NCBI GenBank assembly: GCA_964485915.1
Contig: CAZAKX010000001.1
Coordinates: 1,214-65,213, forward strand
Reading direction: 5' to 3'
DNA: 64,000 nt
Source: an uncultured Nitrospira sp.
GTDB lineage: Bacteria; Nitrospirota; Nitrospiria; Nitrospirales; Nitrospiraceae
Under the pieces are notes generated by a model. That model was not told the DNA's origin. It was given only the letters and a program-made list of their open reading frames with translations, and ran no database searches. How positions within the stretch are numbered: position 1 is the first letter of the stretch; each line of letters begins with the position of its first letter. Of the stretch, positions 9,620-18,762 are shown piece by piece. The position numbers were made by a program, and so were the translations under genes.

Positions 9620-10162
9620 ATGCGATTTGTGGTAGGCGTCATGGGGCCGGCGAAAGCTCCAAAGCGAGATCTGGACAATGCACGGGTTCTTGGGGAATTC
9701 ATTGCACGACGCGGCTGGGTCGTCTTGACGGGGGGCCGCGACGTCGGTGTGATGGATGCCGCGTGCGAAGGGGCGAAACGAGTCGGCGGGAGCCTGACCA
9801 TTGGAGTGTTGCCGACCGCGAAGGATAAGGTATCGCGCCATGTGGATGTCTCCATCATCACAGAAATGGGGAGTGGACGGAACAACATCAATGTGTTGTC
9901 CAGCCATGTCGTGGTGGTGTGCGGATTAACGGGCTCGGGCACCGTGTCAGAAGTCGCGCTCGCGGTGAAGGCGGGCAAGCCCGTCATTCTGGTCGCTGCT
10001 TCTCCGGCCGACGTGGCATTCTTCCGCAAGCTCGACAAGCGACTCGTCAATGCGGCTGGGTCACCGGAGGAAGCTATCGAGTTTATCATGAAGCTCATGG
10101 ACAGGCGTTCGCGCCACGCGCGCCGTGCCGTGCAGGATCGATACGCGTATCTTCCTGTATAA
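9620..10162 (+). CDS. TIGR00725/LOG-family Rossmann-fold protein
   Basis: VLTGG...GVM.A...GA...GG.T.G.LP; RN.IN; GT.SE. Confidence 0.85.
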   Translation: MRFVVGVMGPAKAPKRDLDNARVLGEFIARRGWVVLTGGRDVGVMDAACEGAKRVGGSLTIGVLPTAKDKVSRHVDVSIITEMGSGRNNINVLSSHVVVVCGLTGSGTVSEVALAVKAGKPVILVAASPADVAFFRKLDKRLVNAAGSPEEAIEFIMKLMDRRSRHARRAVQDRYAYLPV

Positions 10163-10299
10163 CGGCTCACGCATTCACGCCCGGCTCCAGCCCACATGGG
10201 TTTCCCATACATAACAGCGAGCACCACATCTGAACCGCTCTCGTAGTAGGATGTAAGAACCGCCTCACCTAGGCGACGATAGAGAAGGAGGAAGTACCC

Positions 10300-10926
10300 A
10301 TGGCAACTCATCGACGTCTGACACTCCTTATGGTCCCTTTGGCAATCTGTGTGATCCTCGTCGTATGGTCTTCACATAGCGCTTTAAGCGCATTGACCAC
10401 CGGCAAAGCCTACTTCGCGGGAGGCTGCTTCTGGTGCATGGAAGAGGCATTCGAACAGGTGGAGGGCGTCCTGTCGGTGGCGTCCGGTTACATGGGGGGA
10501 ACCGTCGCCAATCCGACCTATGAACAGGTGTCGGCCGGACGCACAGGCCATGCTGAGGCCGTCGAAGTGATCTATGACCCCGCCAAGGTCAGCTATCAAC
10601 AGCTCTTGGAGGCTTTTTGGAAAAACATTGATCCTCTCACACCCAACGCGCAGTTCTGCGATCATGGGAGTCAATACCGGTCAGCCGTGTTCTATACCAC
10701 GGAAGAAGAACAGCGACTCGCGGCAGCATCCAAAACCACCATCGAACAGGCGAAGCAATTTCCTGCACCGATCGTGACCGAGCTGGTCCCGGCATCCAGC
10801 TTCTACCAGGCGGAAGACTACCACCAGGATTACTACAAGAAGAACCCACTGCGGTATAAGTACTATAAGTACAGCTGCGGGCGCGCCAAGCGGTTAGAAA
10901 CCCTGTGGGGAAAGTCTGGAGGGTAG
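10300..10926 (+). CDS. msrA: Peptide-methionine (S)-S-oxide reductase, exported
   Basis: FAGGCFWC, GHAEAV and AEDYHQDYY motifs; N-terminal signal/anchor. Confidence 0.95.
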   Translation: MATHRRLTLLMVPLAICVILVVWSSHSALSALTTGKAYFAGGCFWCMEEAFEQVEGVLSVASGYMGGTVANPTYEQVSAGRTGHAEAVEVIYDPAKVSYQQLLEAFWKNIDPLTPNAQFCDHGSQYRSAVFYTTEEEQRLAAASKTTIEQAKQFPAPIVTELVPASSFYQAEDYHQDYYKKNPLRYKYYKYSCGRAKRLETLWGKSGG

Positions 10927-11076
10927 AATTCTAGACCTGACTGCGGGCAGCACTCAACCAACCTGAATGGTAACACGGCATCGATGAAGCCGTAACCAAC
11001 GATTGTGCCCTGCCATGTGTCACGTATCGCCTGAGTCATGCGATTCCACATCACCATCTATTCTTGCATTCTAGAA

Positions 11077-11639
11077 TCAAGCTCCTAGAATCGGGTGGAC
11101 AGTGCGCGATGTATATGCCGAAGAGCAGGATCCACCGCATGGCAGGGACCATGCCGTGGGTCCACATCCTTTCACGAGGAGCCAAGTCTTGATCGCATGG
11201 GAGGTGGATGACACACAGTTCAAGATTTGACCCCTACATTCCTTGCGCAGAGGGCAGAAAAAGGGGCAGGTTTGCGCTTCTGACCCATCTGTTTCCGGCT
11301 CACAGCTCAATTGTGCTGTGCTGCCCTGAACGTGCACGGTTTCTCCGGGTGCGACGTAGACACGCATCGGCGTCACGGTCGCATTCTCGCTCACCTCCTC
11401 CATAATCTGCTCGAAGAAGCCAGGGGCTTCGAACACATGGGTGCGGGGCGGCGCATTCTCGACCACGAAGCTCAGTCCCCATCGAGGTCCGTGCTCGTGT
11501 GAATGATCACTTCGCTCGGCGACCAGGCCACCGCATCGTCTCTCACATCATGGACCATAAAACGGAACTCTCCGGCGAAAGCCATCGACGACACCAGGCA
11601 ATTTCCTCCCATCAATGTGAGAAACCCGACGCGTACCAT
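11077..11639 (-). pseudogene. Frameshifted exported cupredoxin-like protein
   Basis: Adding one G to the G4 run (CCCC at 11477-11480 on +) fuses the two ORFs: ...AWSPSEVIIHTSTDLDGGLSFVVEN...THVF...VAPGET...FFCPLRK. Confidence 0.6.
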
Positions 11640-11788
11640 CGATGACCTGCAGTGGACTACCCTCCCGTTCGTCATTGTGTTTCTCCCGCTCACATTATCC
11701 ACCCCGCGACCCCTCGTACATCGCCCCCCGGACGGGCATCGCAAATATAATAATGACGAGCGACCTTGAGGCCGTTGATGGGGAGCGC

Positions 11789-12280
11789 TCAGCCACCACC
11801 GAGATCGCCCCTCGTTTCTACAATGTACAATTCCCCCCGGACTTCGGTGTGCAGGTCACACCAAATTGCGTGACGCATACTCTCGGCGCCAACGTAGCGG
11901 CTCAATTTCGTCGGCGCCGTCGAAAAGCGAAGCGTCATGACCTGTCCTGGCTCCACATGGAACGACCGGAAATTTTTCCCCCACACCTCCTTGCCGTTCT
12001 CCACCTGGACATCGATATCCCTAAACAGTCTCGATGCCAACCCATGGGTGACGTTATCCTCGTTCCGAACCACGATGATCGTGTCTTGCGACGGATGGGT
12101 CACACCGACAGTCTGATACCCGTGCTTCCGATCTTTAATGGTGATCTCCACCTTCGATGGTGGGCCGCCCATCTCCTGAGCTTGGGCGTACGCGGTGCCC
12201 GTTCCCGCACCGAACAAGATCATTCCTGTCACAGCAATGCACGTGGCTAGTCCGAGACCTGAAAACGATCTGATCCTCAT
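11789..12280 (-). CDS. Exported cupredoxin-like protein
   Basis: GGAGG RBS, signal peptide, VRNEDNVTHG, VEPGQ and WCDLH.EVRGE motifs. Confidence 0.75.
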   Translation of the reverse strand: MRIRSFSGLGLATCIAVTGMILFGAGTGTAYAQAQEMGGPPSKVEITIKDRKHGYQTVGVTHPSQDTIIVVRNEDNVTHGLASRLFRDIDVQVENGKEVWGKNFRSFHVEPGQVMTLRFSTAPTKLSRYVGAESMRHAIWCDLHTEVRGELYIVETRGDLGGG

Positions 12281-12763
12281 TGGTCTACCTCCATGTTCGA
12301 CACGTAAACCGCTTTCTCCTTCTATTGCTCTACTGTTCTTCTGGACCACATACCAGCCCGTCCCAACATTCATAGCGCTCCCCCTTCGCTCGTACGACCA
12401 ATCATCCTTGCCGTCGGTGGTCATGGGCCACACCGCACAGCGCACCTGTCAACCCAATCGCTTTCCAACTTGGCTATCGTGTGCTCCGAATGTACGATCC
12501 CGTCACCCCTCAACCGGCCTTATTGTTGTTCGACGCTCTTCGGTATACGCAACCAGCGTGCCTCTCCCTCTACAAACTCATTGAGTAAGGAAAATCACGA
12601 TAACTGGTCTACTTCGGGCATTTGGCCGGAGGAGCGAAGAATTATGGTGTGGTGAGAGCTGCTACAGATTGATGGGGTGCGTTGGGGCAAAAGAGGGCAC
12701 TACAGCACACCCACCCGACCACCTATTGAGGAGGTGCTATTGTTCGACGCCAGGCCATCCGTG

Positions 12764-13084
12764 TCATGAGCTCTCCTTGAGTTGCATGACCTCCCGAACC
12801 CAATTCGCTTGTGGCATTGATTGCTTATTGGCAAGAAAACACGAAGTGACAAGCGCATAACAAACGGCCCGCTCTTGTGTGGAACAATCGATGAAGGTTT
12901 GTGAGCTTGGCACCGCCGACAGAGCCGAAAGGCGGGACCCTCCGGCCCAGGTTAATGAGGCCATTCCCGGTTCGTGGCCGCAAGACCGAAGGGCCAACAG
13001 CGCACCGAGGACAAGGGCCATCGCGATCGCCGCCCAGGCTAAACGCATGAGACGAGGCGTATTTCTGATCAGAGAACCCCCCAT
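12764..13084 (-). CDS. Possible small membrane-anchored hypothetical protein
   Basis: 106-aa ORF with one clear hydrophobic helix; no family recognised. Confidence 0.3.
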   Translation of the reverse strand: MGGSLIRNTPRLMRLAWAAIAMALVLGALLALRSCGHEPGMASLTWAGGSRLSALSAVPSSQTFIDCSTQERAVCYALVTSCFLANKQSMPQANWVREVMQLKESS

Positions 13085-13593
13085 GATGTGTCATTTTCCA
13101 TCTGCAGCTCTGACGTCAATCGCACCCACCGAACCCTTTCGACTCGTAGTATTGAAGCGGGCCCCGCTCCCTGAGGCGCCACGAGAGAGAACGGGCCCTC
13201 GCCCCCCTCGGTCACAGTCCACATCCCTTCAAGACTGGCCATGACGAAGCTGTCGACGAGCACAGATGCTCACGGTGGGGACATACCGAAGGTCGTATGG
13301 CAAGAGAACTAGGTGACAACCTGGATGCGGCACGAAAGGATACTAGGAGGGAAGGCAAGAAAGACGGTTGGGTACCGTTGTGGTCTTGGCTCGTTGCGCT
13401 GGACCACATGCCAACCCCTGTGGCGAAGCTGTGGCAGAACTATCCTGTCCGACTATGTTTTATCGGGTCCTCACCTTCCTACGGATCTGGTAGAAGTGAT
13501 CGAGAAGAAAACGATGGGGGCGGGTGGGTTCCTATAATCTGGGTGGATTGAACGATTTCAAATCTCGCAGCCCTACCCCATCCAAGGTACTTT

Positions 13594-13728
13594 TGGACTG
13601 AACCCTTAGATTGAGACATGGTGAATTGGCACACTTGGCACCAGAAGGGGGTGACAGGTGGCCAAGAAACGAGTGGGCAGGTTTCCGAAAGCCTTTCGGC
13701 AGATGGCCGTGGACCGGCTGAATCAGAA
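13594..13728 (+). mobile_element. IS3-family left-end remnant
   Basis: TGGACTGAACCC...TGAGACA resembles an IS3 left inverted repeat, followed by an OrfA-like start MAKKRVGRFPKAFRQMAV that is truncated. Confidence 0.6.
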
Positions 13729-13779
13729 TCAGCTGATGGGGTCACCCATTAGAAGGCTCCGGTCAAGTGGGCACACATC

Positions 13780-14170
13780 ACCTCTGGTTCTGAACGTTCT
13801 CCTGTACTCCAACAACGTTCCCTCACGATCGCGTGCCATCCCTGTTCGCTGCATCCGAGTTTTCTCTGGTGCGGTGTCGACTTTGTATCCTGAGTCGCAC
13901 CAGTCACCCATCAGGATCAAGGCGAAGAGATGTCGGCACTCCCGCCCCTGGCCAATGATTGGCCCCAGAAAACCGTTGGTACCCACGCATGTCCAGACGA
14001 GGCGATCACAGATCTTGTGGTTGCCAGATGGCTCCAACCTCTTTGTGGCTCATGCCTGAGGCAGCTCAGGTATCCTCACTGGCTCAGTGAGGACGAACTG
14101 AGGGCAGACAGCTGTCCAATCAGATCTCGTGGTTCTCCCAACCCCAACGCGGGCTCAGCTGCCTGCCCAA
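13780..14170 (-). ncRNA. Candidate bridge/seek RNA of the IS110 element (ends approximate)
   Basis: The non-coding end contains 8-nt and 5-nt segments matching the reconstructed target and the donor junction in parallel contexts (see findings). Confidence 0.65.
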
Positions 14171-14173
14171 TCG

Positions 14174-15205
14174 TCACGCCGGCTGTGTGGCAAACGCCTT
14201 CTTGATGTCGAAGGGGACCTGGTCGCGCAGCACGTAATAGCAGGCCCGGGCTAACTTATGCGCCACCGCCTTGATGGCCACGACCCCCTGCGTCTTCGCT
14301 TTCTTGCGCTGATAAAAGCGCTGAATGTCCGGGTAATACCGCACCGCGAAATTGGCCGCTTCGATACACGCCCAGGCCAAATACTTGTTGCCATTCTTGG
14401 TATTGCCTTGGCCTTTGTGTTTGCCATTGCTGAGTTTGGTGCTGTTCACGCAACGGCAATAGGAGGCCCATTGGCCCACGGTGGGAAAGCGGTGCATGTC
14501 CCCGGCTTCGAGCATGATGGTCAAGGCCAAGGTCTGCCCAATCCCGGCCACGGTGAGTACGTGGCGAAAGGTCGGGCGCAGGGAGACTCGTGCCTTGATC
14601 GTATGCTCGATGGCGGCAATCTGTTCGGCCACACAGTGCATCACCGCGAGGGTACTCGTGACAGCCAGGGCGAGGTCAGGGGTGGGCAGCACGTCGCGCA
14701 TCGCCTCTGCCGTTAGGGTCTTGATGCGATTGCCTGTGAGGGAGGTGCCGGTGTTGCGTGTCACGAGATTTTGAATGCTCAGGAGATTACTCGTCTTCTG
14801 TCTCACCAATTGACTGCGTTTCCGCAGTAAGTCACGGATCGCTCGGTCTTCTTTCGGATAGATGTAACCCGTGGGGAGAATGCCCAAGCGAAGGAGCTGG
14901 GCTAACCACCGCGCATCGCTGTGATCAGTGGTATGCTTCAGGCCTTCGTATTGGTGAATCGCGGCGGTATTGGCCCAATGCACTGCGTACCCGGCGTCCA
15001 TGAGCCCGTCAACCAGCCAATACCAATTATAGGTGGATTCCACGACGAGGCCATGAATGCGTGGTTGAAAAGGACTGAGTTGAGAAAGAATTCTCGACAA
15101 GTCGTTGGGCGTTCGCTGTTCGTACACGACCTGCTCCTGATCATCAACCAGGACGATCACACTGTTGTTGGCATGGAGGTCAATCCCACCGTACAATTTC
15201 GTCAT
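14174..15205 (-). CDS. IS110 family transposase/recombinase
   Basis: N-terminal GIDLH, VEST, T.D..DA (DEDD RuvC-like), GIG...A..I, S..LSNG and A.A.KLAR motifs; GGAGGAG RBS. Confidence 0.95.
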   Translation of the reverse strand: MTKLYGGIDLHANNSVIVLVDDQEQVVYEQRTPNDLSRILSQLSPFQPRIHGLVVESTYNWYWLVDGLMDAGYAVHWANTAAIHQYEGLKHTTDHSDARWLAQLLRLGILPTGYIYPKEDRAIRDLLRKRSQLVRQKTSNLLSIQNLVTRNTGTSLTGNRIKTLTAEAMRDVLPTPDLALAVTSTLAVMHCVAEQIAAIEHTIKARVSLRPTFRHVLTVAGIGQTLALTIMLEAGDMHRFPTVGQWASYCRCVNSTKLSNGKHKGQGNTKNGNKYLAWACIEAANFAVRYYPDIQRFYQRKKAKTQGVVAIKAVAHKLARACYYVLRDQVPFDIKKAFATQPA

Positions 15206-15553
15206 GGCTCCTCCTTGGGTTGGAAAGGTTGAGAGATTCTTGACCAGTCTCCCAACTGTACTGCCCAGGCGAGGAGCCTTCTAGATGATCATCAGATCTT
15301 GTCTCGTGCATCGCCAACTCACCAATTGGGCACAGCAAAACCATCGGCGCTTCGACAAGGGTCGGCACAGGCGAGAAGACGATCGATTATGTCTATGTAT
15401 TATGGTGGGCTCTATTCCATTCAAGAAAAGAACGGCGTGACGGTCAGCTTATGAGAACGTCCATGGCCAATCCCTTGTTGTTCCTAATGTTGCACGTGTA
15501 TGAAACGAAGTGGCAATCCTTGGAAGCCCTGTGGGTATCAAGGAATCGCTCAG

Positions 15554-15922
15554 TCAAGGTCTGGTTTTCATGATGAGGTTTCTCAGCCGTTCTCGCTGGG
15601 CCAGGCGGATACTGGTGAACTCCAGGCCGAATTGCTTGCCGTCGATCCACCGAACAATGGCTTGGTCGATTCGGAGGGGCCACTTAAAGTCAGACAGAAA
15701 CAGCGACAGCTTCAACACCATCCCGATCTTGACCTCAACCGATGATTCGACCCTGCAGCCGTTCGTCGATACATCGAGGACGGCTGCTTCACCCTCAAAG
15801 TCGTCGTCGCCGAAGAAAAACATGCGGCAGGAATGGGCAATTCGTCTGCCTCGTCGGTCTTGTAGGCCTGCCGTATTGTTCTGAGGATCAAGAGAGCGCT
15901 TGCTCGATGGCCTCGGTGTCAT
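15554..15922 (-). CDS. PilZ domain protein
   Basis: RxxxR (RRGRR), DVSTNG and VRW...FGLEF motifs. Confidence 0.85.
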   Translation of the reverse strand: MTPRPSSKRSLDPQNNTAGLQDRRGRRIAHSCRMFFFGDDDFEGEAAVLDVSTNGCRVESSVEVKIGMVLKLSLFLSDFKWPLRIDQAIVRWIDGKQFGLEFTSIRLAQRERLRNLIMKTRP

Positions 15923-16169
15923 CCTTCTGGTCCTTTCTCGGGAAACACAAAGCAGCCGAATGCGAGCCGACTGTTAGCTGTAGCACTAAACCATTCATCG
16001 TAAGGTCGCATGCGTATAGTATAAGCGATGAGATCATCCCGGCAAAGAGAACTGTGCTTTTGTACCGAGTAGTCGTGAATCCTTATCCCACTGGAATCCA
16101 GAACGTGACACTGGCTTGACGAAGGCTGAGCCCTCTGCGACAAAGGAGTCTCACAAGGAGGAATGCATC

Positions 16170-17330
16170 GTGACACGAACGGTCAGTCGACGAATGGCGG
16201 ATCTCGCACAATCGGAAATCAGGGCGATGACACAGGCCTGCGTGAATCTGAAGGGCCTTAATATGGCGCAAGGAGTCTGTGATACACCGGTTCCACCAAT
16301 CGTCCTTGAAGGAGCCGAGCAGGCGATCAGAGACGGGTACAACGTCTACACCCGTTTCGATGGGTTACCGGAGTTACGGCAAGCTATTGCTAATAAGCTC
16401 GCGCATTATAATGGGATTCACGCCGACCCTGAAACGGAGGTGACGGTCAGCGCTGGAGCGACAGGTGCCTTTCACTGTGCCTGTGCCGCATTACTCAATC
16501 CCGGCGATGAGGTCATCTTGTTTGAACCGTATTATCAGTACCATATCAGCGCGCTTGCCGCGGTTGAGGCGATTCCCGTGGTTGTTCATATGCAGCCACC
16601 GGCCTGGACCTATTCTCTGGATCAGCTTGAACAAGTCGTGACCAAGAAAACCAAGGCGATCATCGTCAATTCGCCGGGTAATCCCTCCGGTAAGGTATTT
16701 AGCCGACTGGAGTTAGAGGCGCTCGCCGACTTCGCCTGTCGACATGATCTGTTCGTCTTTACGGATGAGATTTACGAATACTTTCTCTATGACGGGCGAA
16801 CCCATGTGAGCATGGCGACGTTGCCGGACATGGCTGAGCGCACGATCACCATCGGTGGCTATTCCAAGACGTTTAGTGTGACGGGCTGGCGGATCGGGTA
16901 CAGTGTGGCAGCCAAGCCATGGGCAGGCGCCGTTGGCGCGATGAATGATCTACTCTATGTCTGTGCTCCAGGGCCACTCCAGATCGGGGTGGCTCGGGGC
17001 ATCACGCAACTACCGGACCATTTCTATACAGAGCTGGCTCGCGACTATCGGCTCAAGCGTGACCGGTTCTGCAGCGCGCTGACCAAAGCCGGGCTGACAC
17101 CGTCCATCCCGCAAGGGGCCTATTACGTATTGGCCGACGTCGCTCGCCTTCCTGGTGACACAGGGAAAGCTCGTGCCATGTATTTATTAGAAAAAACCGG
17201 TGTAGCGGGAGTACCGGGAGAGGCCTTTTTTTCAGGAAAGACCGGAGCTAACTTCATTCGTTTCAGCTACGCAAAGACGGACGCTGATCTTGACGAAGCC
17301 TGTCGTCGATTAACCCAGATCAATTTCTAG
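16170..17330 (+). CDS. PLP-dependent class I/II aminotransferase
   Basis: NSPGNPSG, DEIYE and SKTFSVTGWRIG motifs; AAGGAGG before the GTG at 16170. Confidence 0.93.
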   Translation: MTRTVSRRMADLAQSEIRAMTQACVNLKGLNMAQGVCDTPVPPIVLEGAEQAIRDGYNVYTRFDGLPELRQAIANKLAHYNGIHADPETEVTVSAGATGAFHCACAALLNPGDEVILFEPYYQYHISALAAVEAIPVVVHMQPPAWTYSLDQLEQVVTKKTKAIIVNSPGNPSGKVFSRLELEALADFACRHDLFVFTDEIYEYFLYDGRTHVSMATLPDMAERTITIGGYSKTFSVTGWRIGYSVAAKPWAGAVGAMNDLLYVCAPGPLQIGVARGITQLPDHFYTELARDYRLKRDRFCSALTKAGLTPSIPQGAYYVLADVARLPGDTGKARAMYLLEKTGVAGVPGEAFFSGKTGANFIRFSYAKTDADLDEACRRLTQINF

Positions 17331-17395
17331 TACCCAACCAATCACGCCTGGTTCGTACTTGCCACGAGAAAACACCCGTGGTATGAATTTCGCCC

Positions 17396-17845
17396 ATGAA
17401 TGTGGGCCTCATGTCCATGTTTGCGGTAGCTGCGGTACTGACGATCGCGGGATGTGGGCAACAGACACAGGAGCAGTTCTCTATCCCGTCCGACCTTCCC
17501 GCCGGTGATCGATCCATTTTAGCAGGGGAATGGGAATATGAAGACGGTGGCGTAGCTCTGTTGCGGCTCGATGCCCAGGGCAACGGAACCTATACCTATA
17601 AGGATGGGCGATTCGAAACCAGACAATTCGACGGCAAAACGTGGACCGGCAAATGGTATCAAAAAGAAAATGATCGAGAAGGTGGTTTCCTCGTACGGCT
17701 CTCTCCCGATTCTGCTGAAGGTGAAGGCAGATGGTGGTATGACCGAATTGGTCCCAATGCCACACCATCCGAGAAGGGCGGCACATTCCATTTAAGTAGG
17801 AAAACGTCCATCACCAGTCTTCGCGATACTCCTCCCCCACCTTGA
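17396..17845 (+). CDS. Hypothetical lipoprotein
   Basis: Lipobox IAGC after a hydrophobic stretch; beta-rich body. Confidence 0.7.
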   Translation: MNVGLMSMFAVAAVLTIAGCGQQTQEQFSIPSDLPAGDRSILAGEWEYEDGGVALLRLDAQGNGTYTYKDGRFETRQFDGKTWTGKWYQKENDREGGFLVRLSPDSAEGEGRWWYDRIGPNATPSEKGGTFHLSRKTSITSLRDTPPPP

Positions 17846-17862
17846 TCCAATGCTGCAAACCA

Positions 17863-18669
17863 CTACTCCGCACTATCCATTCCCACCTGGGTTAGGAGTG
17901 TGAGTCTTTGCCTCAGAGATTCGGGACATCGCGCACTGATGGCAATCGTCCCCTGATAGCGAGGCTTGGTTTGGTTAAAGGTTAGGGCACGTCCACTCCC
18001 ATCGTAGACACCACCACCACTTTCTTCAATGAGGAGCGTTCCGGCCGCGATATCCCACTCATTTTCCGGTTCGAGTGTAGCGAGGCCCTGGATGCGTCCA
18101 CCGGCAGTAAGGGCAAGTGCCCATGCGATCGACCGCATCGGACGACTCCGTACTATTCCGTCGAGAGACGGAAAGCGACCAATCTGTTGTTCCCATGGGC
18201 TCATGGCGATGATCGGCTGCTGATCACCGTGGGTCGGGGGTGGCGTGACCAATTCGGCATTGAGGTACAGGCCGCCACCTCTGATTGCCGTGTACAGCTC
18301 ATCCAGAGAAGGGTTAAAGATAGCCGCCACGATCGGTCGACTCTGCTCAATAAGGGCCACGGAGATACAAAAATCAGGTTCGCCCTTGATGAAGGCCTTT
18401 GTCCCATCTATTGGATCTACCACCCAAACTCGCGCCCTCTGAAGTCGGTTGAGATCATCCGGTGACTCTTCTGATAACCACCCATCCTCAGGAAAAGCCG
18501 ATTGGAGCTGAGTTTGGAGAATCTGATTCACCGCCAGATCAGCGGAGGTGACCGGGGAATGATCGGATTTTTGCACCGTTTCGAATCCAGCAGCGGCGAT
18601 TCGTACGGCTTCTTTGCCGGCCGCTCGAATCGCCGCGGTAAGGATATTGAGTTCATACTGCCATGCCAT
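17863..18669 (-). CDS. CysQ/inositol monophosphatase family protein
   Basis: SPVTSAD, LSEE, WVVDPIDGT and EWDIAAG motifs. Confidence 0.9.
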   Translation of the reverse strand: MAWQYELNILTAAIRAAGKEAVRIAAAGFETVQKSDHSPVTSADLAVNQILQTQLQSAFPEDGWLSEESPDDLNRLQRARVWVVDPIDGTKAFIKGEPDFCISVALIEQSRPIVAAIFNPSLDELYTAIRGGGLYLNAELVTPPPTHGDQQPIIAMSPWEQQIGRFPSLDGIVRSRPMRSIAWALALTAGGRIQGLATLEPENEWDIAAGTLLIEESGGGVYDGSGRALTFNQTKPRYQGTIAISARCPESLRQRLTLLTQVGMDSAE

Positions 18670-18762
18670 AAAGGAAGAGTAACAAGCCTGGAGGGAGAAG
18701 AAAAGGAATGATCGTCTCGCGAACTTGACCTGGATGACGAATCTGCGTACAAGCACCATACC

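Larger units (their letters stand above)
13742..15294 (-). mobile_element. IS110-family (IS1111-like) insertion sequence, apparently complete
   Basis: Perfect 11-bp subterminal inverted repeats TAGAAGGCTCC (13750-13760) and GGAGCCTTCTA (15273-15283). TGA core at both junctions. Short 5' and ~430-bp 3' non-coding ends. Confidence 0.85.

Noticed and set aside
12905-13000. GCCGAAAGGCGGGAC resembling a c-di-GMP-I riboswitch P2
   Set aside because: It lacks the flanking GGCAAA/GCAAA elements and a suitable downstream gene, and it lies within a possible ORF on the other strand.
13658-14059. 133-aa ORF on the plus strand
   Set aside because: It is chimeric: only the first ~23 codons are IS3 OrfA-like, and the rest reads through the IS110 non-coding end.
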